Below, piece after piece: positions 1 through 7,138 of a stretch of 14,964 nucleotides of DNA (positions are counted from its first letter, which is position 1; every line of letters begins with the position of its first letter). This DNA is from Candidatus Woesearchaeota archaeon (GTDB taxonomy: Archaea > Nanobdellota > Nanobdellia > Woesearchaeales > GW2011-AR4). A program made the position numbers and the translations under genes. The stretch lies in NCBI GenBank assembly GCA_018303685.1, contig JAGVXS010000039.1, positions 1 through 14,964 on the forward strand. Direction: 5' to 3'. The notes beneath the pieces were generated by a model. It was not told where the DNA came from. It ran no database searches and saw nothing but the letters and a program-made list of their open reading frames with translations.

Positions 1-1370
1 TTTGATGTAAGCAGTTTTTTCAGAAGTACAATCTGCTCAATCATGTCAGTCTTTTCGCTTATCTGTGCCATTGGCTTTACCTTCATCTCATCAAGCCTTT
101 TGATTGCGCAATCCCCATATGCAACAAGCCTTTCTTTGCCTTCAAGCATTTCCCCTGAAAGCACGGAGCCCATTACAAGATTAAGCTGTTCTCCCCTCAA
201 TCCAATAAGCCTTGATGTTGCATTGAACATTGCGTTCAGGCATGCAGGGCAGGCTTTTCCGTCAATAACCTTGATGTCAGGATGCGGGGTTTCTTCTGCA
301 ACCGGCTTTTTTATGGGGTATTTTAATGCATCAAGCTCGTTGCCGACAATTTCAATATCTTTTATCGCATTTTTGCCTAGCTTTATGTAAGGCGGGATTT
401 CAAGCATGGATGCTTTGCAGAAAACAGCATCAAGCATTGCTGGATTTCTGCCTGCATAAACAAGGTTAAGGAAAGCCGGCTCTCCAAGAGTTAATGGACC
501 CTGCCCCTGCATTCCGCTTGTTGCATCAGCTATTGTAATCACATTCAATGCATTAACAAGCTTTGGCAGTGTCTCATCTATATTGTCAAAGTACATCCTT
601 CTCTGGGTAGGCTCGTCGCAAAGCCTTGACAAGTTTTCCACTGCCCCTGACAATCCAATCTGGGAGTTTGTCTTCATTATAGGGGCATTGATGATTTTCC
701 TGTTCAATGTTTCCTTAAGAATCTTAAATTTGTATCCGTCGCTTTCAATCTCCTCAAAGGGGCCTTTTGAAATGTCAGCAAAGCTTATGTCATTCTTTTT
801 GCAAACTTCAAGTATGCCTGCCTTTGAAGCAGCATCCATTGAATCCGAGCCGATTAGCGCCTGCTCCGCTATCATAATGTTTTCTTTGCTAATCCCATGC
901 TCCAGCAGAGCCAAAATCAGCGCATTCAGAAAATCTGGATTTGTGTTTACAGCCTGATATGGATAAGCAGCAGCCACAATGCTCGGCTTGACTAAAATCT
1001 TGTCGTCTTTGCCCAAATCAATCCTGTTCAAAAGCCCAACAGCATCTTTAATCGCTTCATAAATATCATACTTTACTTTTACAACAGCAACAGCATCTTT
1101 GCCCTTTGCTCTTTGCTCGACATAATCATCTCCAATCTTGTAATCCTTCATAGTTTTTTTAGGCATCCTGTTGCCGTGCTCATCCTCAAGAAGCAGGACA
1201 TTATATGGTATGATTGGGTGCATGGGAGAGGGAATTGCAACCTTTGTAATGCCTGCAACCCTTATCTTGGCGCCTTTCTGCTTGATTACAGGTCCTTTGC
1301 AGTAAACACATTTTTCAATAGGGTAAATCCATTTCTTGCTGCATTTTTCACATATCCACCTTATTATCAT
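1..1370 (-). CDS. Zn-ribbon/OB-fold (DUF35-like) domain fused to DUF362-like domain; 3' end beyond left window edge
   Basis: Manual reverse-strand translation from ATG at 1370 stays open to the window edge: MIIRWICEKCSKKWIYPIEKCVYCKGPVIKQKGAKIRVAGITKVAIPSPMHPIIPYNVLLLEDEHGNR..., with a CX2C-X10-CX2C Zn ribbon plus OB-like segment. It continues ...DDKILVKPSIVAAAYPYQAVNTNPDFLNALILALLEHGI...INAPIMKTNSQIGLSGAVENLSRL..., which resembles DUF362. Its ATG overlaps the thiolase stop (ATGA). It is absent from the ORF track, probably because it has no stop in the window. Confidence 0.82.
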   Translation of the reverse strand, partial: MIIRWICEKCSKKWIYPIEKCVYCKGPVIKQKGAKIRVAGITKVAIPSPMHPIIPYNVLLLEDEHGNRMPKKTMKDYKIGDDYVEQRAKGKDAVAVVKVKYDIYEAIKDAVGLLNRIDLGKDDKILVKPSIVAAAYPYQAVNTNPDFLNALILALLEHGISKENIMIAEQALIGSDSMDAASKAGILEVCKKNDISFADISKGPFEEIESDGYKFKILKETLNRKIINAPIMKTNSQIGLSGAVENLSRLCDEPTQRRMYFDNIDETLPKLVNALNVITIADATSGMQGQGPLTLGEPAFLNLVYAGRNPAMLDAVFCKASMLEIPPYIKLGKNAIKDIEIVGNELDALKYPIKKPVAEETPHPDIKVIDGKACPACLNAMFNATSRLIGLRGEQLNLVMGSVLSGEMLEGKERLVAYGDCAIKRLDEMKVKPMAQISEKTDMIEQIVLLKKLLTS

Positions 1371-2491
1371 GCCCCCACCTTCTTCAGGATATGCACAGTA
1401 ACTGTGCTTCCTGCCCCGCCTATATTATGTGCCAGCGCATAATTTACATTATCAACCTGCCTGTCGCCAGCCTGTTTTCGCATCTGCTTCGCAAGATCGT
1501 AAACCTGTGCAATTCCTGTTGCGCTTATCGGGTGGCCTTTTGCCTTCAGCCCGCCGCTTGTATTCACAGGCAGCTTTCCATTTAAGTTGACTGTGCCTTT
1601 CCTTATCATGTACTTGCCTTCTCCTTTTTTGCAAAACCCCAAATCCTCATAGGAAATAACCTCAACAGGAGTGAAGGCATCGTGCAATTCAGCAACATCG
1701 ATATCACTAGGAGACAAATTTGCCTGTTTGTAAGCTTCTTCCGCGGCAAGTTTGCTGGCTTGCCATGAAGTCATGTCCTCGTTTTCAAAAGCTGAAAGCC
1801 TGTCAACATATAGGCTTGAGCCTGCTATCTCAATATCTGTTTTTTCTTTTGTCAGAATAGCTGCGGCAGCGCCATTGACAGACAAGCTGCAGTCAAAAAG
1901 CCTTAATGGAGATGCAACAACAGGAGACTTCTTTATCTGCTTTAATGTAACCTGCCTTTTGTAAAACCTTGCCTTTGGATTCAGATAAGCGTTGCTGTGG
2001 TTTTTAAAAGCAACCAATGCAAAATCATCTGTTGTAGCGCCATACCTGAGCATGTACTGTTGCGCAACCAAGGCGTTCTGTGCAGGAAAAATCAGTCCAT
2101 CAGCCTGCTCATACAATCTTTCAGCTGCCATAAGGATTTCGTCTGTTGTATTTGCAGTGTTATTGGACAGCAGCCTTTCAGAGCCAACAACAAGCACATT
2201 CTCATAACCCATTTTATTTGCTGTCCAGATTGCTGAACCTCCTCCGCCGCAGACAGCAGATGATGTTAGTATGGGAACCTTCTTTTTGAACATGCTGCTT
2301 AAAATCGAGGAAAACCCCCTCTGCCTTTCACCACTGCTTTCATTGTCAACAGTTGATGAGACAATAGCATCTATATCTTCCATATTAAAATTAGCGTCTT
2401 CCAACGCCTCCATTGTAGCTTCATAGACAAGCTCCTGGCTTGTATCTGTCTGTGCCCCGAACTTTGTCATGCCAACTCCTTTTACGTACAT
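1367..2491 (-). CDS. SCP2/archaeal-type thiolase (acetyl-CoA C-acyltransferase family)
   Basis: 374 aa; active-site Cys region SSAVCGGGGSA, HDAFTPVEVISYEDLGF, GGLKAKGHPISATG, C-terminal AHNIGGAGSTVTVHIL; adjacent to the Zn-ribbon/OB partner as in archaeal thiolase operons. Confidence 0.9.
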   Translation of the reverse strand: MYVKGVGMTKFGAQTDTSQELVYEATMEALEDANFNMEDIDAIVSSTVDNESSGERQRGFSSILSSMFKKKVPILTSSAVCGGGGSAIWTANKMGYENVLVVGSERLLSNNTANTTDEILMAAERLYEQADGLIFPAQNALVAQQYMLRYGATTDDFALVAFKNHSNAYLNPKARFYKRQVTLKQIKKSPVVASPLRLFDCSLSVNGAAAAILTKEKTDIEIAGSSLYVDRLSAFENEDMTSWQASKLAAEEAYKQANLSPSDIDVAELHDAFTPVEVISYEDLGFCKKGEGKYMIRKGTVNLNGKLPVNTSGGLKAKGHPISATGIAQVYDLAKQMRKQAGDRQVDNVNYALAHNIGGAGSTVTVHILKKVGA

Positions 2492-2504
2492 AGAATTTAC
2501 CCCT

Positions 2505-2996
2505 CTACCTCGCGAATTTTGACCTGAACTCTGCCCTGTTTACAATTGCCAGCATCAGCAAAGCCTCTGCCACCAAAGTGTCTTTTACAAACGCCTTGCC
2601 CTGAAGAATCGCCCCTCTTTCATCCTGGGCTATCAAATCCAGCTCGAACCTTGCAGTATCCCCAGGCAGTATAGGGGCCATGAATTTTACTTCTTTCATC
2701 TTGTAGGCAAGCACATCCTTCTCCTGATGGTTTGGGATATTGTTTCTCACAAGCAAAGTGCCTGCCTGCCCCATACCTTCAACAGTCAAAGCGCCTGGCA
2801 TTATTGGAAAGCCTACAAAATGGCCTTTAAGGAAATCCTCTTTGCCTGTGACATCCTTTTCAGCTACTATACTGCTACTCGTCAGGCTTATAACCCGGTC
2901 AATGAATAAAAAGTGCTCGTCATAGGGTATAATCTTCTTGATGTTATCTGCGTTTATTCCGCCATCCGCGTTTTTCAGCTCGTTAAACCGGCTCAT
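2505..2996 (-). CDS. FabZ-like hotdog-fold 3-hydroxyacyl-ACP/CoA dehydratase
   Basis: 163 aa; PYDEHFLFIDRV, KGHFVGFPIMPGALTVEGMGQAG (FabZ-type GHFxGxPxxPGxxxxExxxQ), KFMAPILPGD. It lies 13 nt upstream of the thiolase in the same orientation. Confidence 0.88.
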   Translation of the reverse strand: MSRFNELKNADGGINADNIKKIIPYDEHFLFIDRVISLTSSSIVAEKDVTGKEDFLKGHFVGFPIMPGALTVEGMGQAGTLLVRNNIPNHQEKDVLAYKMKEVKFMAPILPGDTARFELDLIAQDERGAILQGKAFVKDTLVAEALLMLAIVNRAEFRSKFAR

Positions 2997-3023
2997 TTTA
3001 GCTTGTTTCTAAACTTTGGTTTA

Positions 3024-3033
3024 ATTTAAATAA
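3024..3033 (-). promoter_or_regulatory. Putative archaeal TATA box for the fabZ-thiolase-OB/DUF362 operon
   Basis: Reverse strand reads TTATTTAAATT, about 31 nt upstream of the ATG at 2996. Confidence 0.45.
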
Positions 3034-3112
3034 CTTTCTACCATTATATTTTTTAATATATATAATAAAATAGTTATTATAAAGTATATCCATTACTGGA
3101 AAACACAAAAAT

Positions 3113-3122
3113 CTTTATAAAA
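3113..3122 (+). promoter_or_regulatory. Putative archaeal TATA box for the biotin carboxylase gene
   Basis: CTTTATAAAA centred about 26 nt upstream of the ATG at 3144; consistent with a leaderless transcript. Confidence 0.55.
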
Positions 3123-3143
3123 AGAGAAGCAAAAGCATGCTGT

Positions 3144-5063
3144 ATGCTTAAGGGAAAAAAATTAGTGAGCAAGTCAGCGAGCTTGAGGCGCAAATTAGTA
3201 TTGGACATCATCAACAGGGCTTTGAAGCCTTTGGAGAGTATGTATATAGCCTTGGCAGGCTCTGCTAAAAAAACCAAAGAGATGTTTCCTGCCTTATACA
3301 GGCACTTTGAAGAGCTGATTAAGCAGCATATAATCACGCCAGGTAAAAGCATTTTTAACTCATCAAAAATAGGCGGCATGGGCGGCTTTATAACAACCAA
3401 TGTCATGAAAAGGCTGCCGCATATCGACGAAGCCCAGATAGAAGAAATACTCGGCAACCCCTCAAATAAGTCATTTCTGGAAATACTTACGAGGGGATTC
3501 GGCATAAACAGAGATAAGGAGAAAACATATACCAAACTTGGCAACGGTAGCTTCAAGAGAATATTAATTGCAAACAGGGGAGAGATAGCACTGCGCATAA
3601 TAAGAGCGTGCCGCGAACTGGGCATAGAAAGCATCGCAATTTATTCTGATGAAGAAAAAGACAGCCTGGTTGTGAAGTTCGCAGACAAGTCCTACAACAT
3701 AGGCAAGCCGAAGAACTACCTCAACATCAAGAAAATAGTTGAGATAGCAAAGCAAAGCGAATGCGATGCAATCCATCCCGGTTACGGGTTCCTTTCAGAA
3801 AACCCCAAGTTTGCAAGGCTATGCGAGAAAAGGGGCATAAAATTCATAGGTCCGTCTTCAAGGATGATAGGGAAGCTTGGAAACAAAATAGAGGCGAAAA
3901 ATGCAATGCTCAAGGCAAACATCCCGGTAATAGAAGGAGTTAAAGAAGATCTAAAGAGCAAGAGGCATGCACTAAGGGCTGCAAGAAGGAGCGGATTTCC
4001 CGTCATACTAAAAGCATCTGCAGGAGGCGGAGGCAAAGGGATGAGGATTGTCGAAAGGGAAGAGGATGTTTTTAATGCCTACGAAAGCGCAGAGAAAGAG
4101 GCGTTAAACTCTTTTGGCAGCAGCTCGCTGTACATAGAAAAATACCTTGAAGAGCCAAAGCACATAGAGTTCCAGATTTTGGCTGACAGGCATGGAAATG
4201 TCATCCATCTTGGGGAGAGGGACTGCAGCATACAGAGAAGGCACCAGAAGCTGATAGAGGAGGCGCCAAGCCCTGCACTTGACAATGAGCTAAGGGAATT
4301 GATGGGCGCTGCTGCCGTGAATGCAATAACGGCTATAGGCTATGAAGGGGCAGGCACTGTGGAATTCTTGCTGGACAAGAACAGGAATTTCTATTTTATA
4401 GAGATGAACACAAGAATACAGGTTGAGCATGGCGTTACAGAAATGGTGACAAATGTAGATTTGATAAAGGAGCAGATAAAACTCGCCGAAGGAGCCAAGC
4501 TTGCTTACAATCAGGAAGACATAAAGGTAGAGGGGCATGCAATTGAATGCAGGATAAATGCAGAGGACCCAAGCAACAATTTTGCGCCTTCTCCGGGCAC
4601 TGTCGTCAACTACCTGCCTCCGGGAGGGCCCGGCATCAGGATAAGCAGCTCGTGCCATACGGGCTGCAGGATTCTGCCGCAATTTGACTCTTTAATCGCC
4701 TTGCTTATCTGCCACGGCAGGACAAGGCACGAGGCAATAGCCAGGATGAGAAGGGCTTTGGACGAGTTTATTATTGAGGGGGTAAAAACTACGACGCCGT
4801 TCCACAAGCTTGTGCTTAGCAAGAGGCAATTCCTGAAGGGAAATGTTGCAACATCTTTTATAGAAAACAATATGATAATGGAGGAGATGAAAGGATTAAA
4901 GCAGAAAAAAGAGGCTTTGCCGAAAGAGAAAAAAGTGCTTATAGTAACAACAGCAGTCGCGCAGTACCTTGTGAAAAAACAGGATGCACCAGGCAAAAAA
5001 ATAAATCCATGGGTGATGGCAGCGAGGCAGGAAGCGCTGAATGAGGGAAGCCTTGAAGAATAG
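3144..5063 (+). CDS. accC: Biotin carboxylase subunit of acyl-CoA carboxylase, with ~137-aa N-terminal extension
   Basis: KRILIANRGEIALRIIRACRELGI, DAIHPGYGFLSENPKFA, KASAGGGGKGMRIV, DRHGNVIHLGERDCSIQRRHQKLIEEAPSP, YFIEMNTRIQVEHGVTEMVT, IECRINAEDP. The biotin carboxylase fold begins near aa 138; the preceding residues are not part of the normal domain. Confidence 0.95.
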   Translation: MLKGKKLVSKSASLRRKLVLDIINRALKPLESMYIALAGSAKKTKEMFPALYRHFEELIKQHIITPGKSIFNSSKIGGMGGFITTNVMKRLPHIDEAQIEEILGNPSNKSFLEILTRGFGINRDKEKTYTKLGNGSFKRILIANRGEIALRIIRACRELGIESIAIYSDEEKDSLVVKFADKSYNIGKPKNYLNIKKIVEIAKQSECDAIHPGYGFLSENPKFARLCEKRGIKFIGPSSRMIGKLGNKIEAKNAMLKANIPVIEGVKEDLKSKRHALRAARRSGFPVILKASAGGGGKGMRIVEREEDVFNAYESAEKEALNSFGSSSLYIEKYLEEPKHIEFQILADRHGNVIHLGERDCSIQRRHQKLIEEAPSPALDNELRELMGAAAVNAITAIGYEGAGTVEFLLDKNRNFYFIEMNTRIQVEHGVTEMVTNVDLIKEQIKLAEGAKLAYNQEDIKVEGHAIECRINAEDPSNNFAPSPGTVVNYLPPGGPGIRISSSCHTGCRILPQFDSLIALLICHGRTRHEAIARMRRALDEFIIEGVKTTTPFHKLVLSKRQFLKGNVATSFIENNMIMEEMKGLKQKKEALPKEKKVLIVTTAVAQYLVKKQDAPGKKINPWVMAARQEALNEGSLEE

Positions 5064-5091
5064 TTTTTACAGTTCTTTGGATAATAGCTAT

Positions 5092-5811
5092 ATGAAGTGC
5101 AAAATTTACCGCTTCAAATCATTGAAGTCCACTCAAGACAAAGCCAAGGAATTTTCCAAGAAAGGACTAAAAAATATTGTTATTGTCGCTGATGCGCAGA
5201 TAAAAGGGAGAGGGCGCTTCAAAAGAAAATGGCACTCTGCCAAAGGAGGCTTGTGGATGTCAATCTTACTTTCGCCAAAAAAAGCGGAAAATCTGCAATA
5301 CCTGACATTTGCCGCGGCAATAGCAGTTGTCAAGTCCATTAAAAAAATGACAGGCATCAGCACAAAAATAAAATGGCCCAATGACGTCCATTACAACGGC
5401 AGGAAATTGTGCGGCATTCTTACAGAAGGGATTTTTCCAGCTAATTATGCTGTTATAGGGATTGGTGTTAATGTCAACCAAAGCAAATTTCCCAATGAAA
5501 TAAAAAACACCGCTATATCACTCAAAATGATTAAAAACCAAACAATATACATTAAAAAACTGATTAGAAATATACTTTATGAATTTTTCAACTTATATAA
5601 TAATTATTACAATAAAAATAAATTTGAAAAAATATCAAAAATCTGGAAAATGCATTGTGATACAATAAACAGGGACGTAACCGCAATCACAAGAGCTGGC
5701 AGATTAAGCGGGAAGGCAATAGGCATCGATGAAGAAGGCAGCCTGCTGCTGAAAACAGGCAAAAGCAATGTAGTTAAAGTTGCAGAGGGAGACATAAGCA
5801 TCAGGTACTAA
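5092..5811 (+). CDS. birA: Biotin-protein ligase, catalytic plus C-terminal domain, no N-terminal HTH
   Basis: IYRFKSLKSTQDKAKEF, KGRGRFKRKWHSAKGGLWMSIL, KWPNDVHYNGRKLCGILTEG, IGIGVNVNQ, C-terminal AGRLSGKAIGIDEEGSLLLKTG. The track start at 5041 overlaps accC by 23 nt; the ATG at 5092 fits the usual domain start better. Confidence 0.92.
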   Translation: MKCKIYRFKSLKSTQDKAKEFSKKGLKNIVIVADAQIKGRGRFKRKWHSAKGGLWMSILLSPKKAENLQYLTFAAAIAVVKSIKKMTGISTKIKWPNDVHYNGRKLCGILTEGIFPANYAVIGIGVNVNQSKFPNEIKNTAISLKMIKNQTIYIKKLIRNILYEFFNLYNNYYNKNKFEKISKIWKMHCDTINRDVTAITRAGRLSGKAIGIDEEGSLLLKTGKSNVVKVAEGDISIRY

Positions 5812-5815
5812 TCAC

Positions 5816-5828
5816 AATATTTAAAAAA
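5816..5828 (+). promoter_or_regulatory. Putative TATA box upstream of the small membrane protein-bioY pair
   Basis: AATATTTAAAAAA about 29 nt upstream of the ATG at 5851. Confidence 0.45.
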
Positions 5829-5850
5829 GACACTGGCAAACTTCAGCAGA

Positions 5851-6081
5851 ATGGCGATTTTGAAGAGCATACCAATATTAAAAAAGCTTGTGGACATGGC
5901 ATACGCAATATTGGTAGTGATTGTCTTAAGCGCCTTGGTCGGACTGATTCTGGCGTTTCCTGTCAAACTGCTCTGGAACTATGTGTTCGGGAGCTATCTC
6001 ACAATCAACTGGTTTCAGGCATGGGCCCTGAATGTCCTGACAGGAATACTTTTAAGCAAAACCGGAAACGGAAAAAGGTGA
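5851..6081 (+). CDS. Small membrane protein (76 aa, one or two hydrophobic segments) immediately upstream of bioY
   Basis: MAILKSIPILKKLVDMAYAILVVIVLSALVGLILAFPVKLLWNYVFGSYLTINWFQAWALNVLTGILLSKTGNGKR; preceded by a TATA-like element; 4 nt gap to bioY. Confidence 0.65.
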   Translation: MAILKSIPILKKLVDMAYAILVVIVLSALVGLILAFPVKLLWNYVFGSYLTINWFQAWALNVLTGILLSKTGNGKR

Positions 6082-6085
6082 TGAT

Positions 6086-6739
6086 ATGATAACTGCAAAC
6101 AAAAACAAGACTTTGTACGAGATTCTGTTTCATCAAAGTACAATAATGCTTGATGTTTTTATGATACTTGCAAGCGTTGTTTTTATGGCGGCAATGGCAA
6201 ACATTACAATACCAGCCTCATACATAGCGGCTATGGAGAAGATGTTCCATATACCGCTTTGGCCGGTGCCCATCACAATGCAGACTTTTGGTGTTTTTAT
6301 TGTTACATTCTTCTTCGGCTCAAGAAAAGGATTGATTGCGATGGCTGCATATGCCCTTGCCGGGCTCCTCGGCTTTGGGGTTTTTGCAGGCCACAAGTCG
6401 GGAGTTGATGTATTTTTGAAAGCCAGCGAAGGATTCAAGCTTGCCCCGTCAGGCGGATATATAATAGGATTTTTGCTTATGGCGTTCCTTGTGGGGATTA
6501 TGATAGAGAAAGGCTACGGGAGAACAGGAAAAAGCATATTGCTGTGCATGCTTGTTGGTGAGATTGTGTTATATACAATCGGCCTTCCTTGGCTTTGGAT
6601 AGCGCTCGGAAAGATATCATGGCTTCAGGTCCTCAAATTCGGCTTGGTTCCTTTCATCATAGGAGACACACTGAAGGCACTGCTCGCAGCTGCATTGTTC
6701 CCTTATATGTGGAAAGGGGCAGAGAAGATAGGCAAGTAA
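6086..6739 (+). CDS. bioY: BioY family biotin transporter (S component)
   Basis: 217 aa, multi-TM; PVPITMQTFGVFIVTFFFGSRKGLIAMAAYALAGLLGFGVFAG...APSGGYIIGFLLMAFLVGIMIEKG matches BioY signature regions; context with biotin ligase and carboxylase. Confidence 0.88.
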   Translation: MITANKNKTLYEILFHQSTIMLDVFMILASVVFMAAMANITIPASYIAAMEKMFHIPLWPVPITMQTFGVFIVTFFFGSRKGLIAMAAYALAGLLGFGVFAGHKSGVDVFLKASEGFKLAPSGGYIIGFLLMAFLVGIMIEKGYGRTGKSILLCMLVGEIVLYTIGLPWLWIALGKISWLQVLKFGLVPFIIGDTLKALLAAALFPYMWKGAEKIGK

Positions 6740-6746
6740 GCATTGC

Positions 6747-7136
6747 TCATTCTATTATTGCAAGCACATCGCCCCTGTTCACATTGTCATTTTTCTTTAC
6801 CTTAACATCTTTTAATACACCATCCTTAGGCGCGGTTACCTCATTCTCCATTTTCATAGCCATCAGTATAAACAGGCTCTGCCCCTGCTTTACCCTTGCG
6901 CCTTCTTTGGCTTTTATTTCGTAAATAATCCCGGGAAGAGGCGCTGTTATTTCAGTAGCCCCCTCACTTATCTTCTGCCTTTTTTGCAGCCTGTCAATTG
7001 CGGATGTTTCAGCATCTTTTTTTGTCTCAACTTCGTAAACATCAGAGCCGCAGTGCACAAGTATTTTGCCCTCTTCTGTTTCCTCTACAAAAACCTTGTA
7101 TTCCCTGCCGTCAACCTTAACAACAAGCTCTTCCAT
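6747..7136 (-). CDS. Biotin carboxyl carrier protein of acyl-CoA carboxylase
   Basis: 129 aa; ITAPLPGIIYEIKAKEGARVKQGQSLFILMAMKMENEVTAPKDGVLKDVKVKKNDNVNRGDVLAIIE; biotinylation motif AMKM with Lys95 encoded at 6852-6854. Confidence 0.94.
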   Translation of the reverse strand: MEELVVKVDGREYKVFVEETEEGKILVHCGSDVYEVETKKDAETSAIDRLQKRQKISEGATEITAPLPGIIYEIKAKEGARVKQGQSLFILMAMKMENEVTAPKDGVLKDVKVKKNDNVNRGDVLAIIE

Positions 7137-7138
7137 GT

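Noticed and set aside
43-1585. Plus-strand ORFs 43-390, 583-957, 1113-1442 and 1391-1585
   Set aside because: Low-complexity translations that are antisense to the continuous minus-strand OB/DUF362 and thiolase coding sequences.
1-2996. Standard mevalonate thiolase/DUF35/HMG-CoA synthase operon
   Set aside because: The thiolase and OB partner fit in part, but no HMG-CoA synthase is in the window and FabZ is not part of that pathway. It cannot be fully excluded without the left flank.
3077-4996. Minus-strand ORFs 3077-3634, 3564-3776, 3782-4036, 4079-4285, 4290-4682 and 4610-4996
   Set aside because: All lie opposite the well supported biotin carboxylase gene and show no recognisable domain.
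5092-5811. BirA as the local biotin-responsive repressor
   Set aside because: The protein begins directly at the catalytic domain and has no N-terminal winged HTH.
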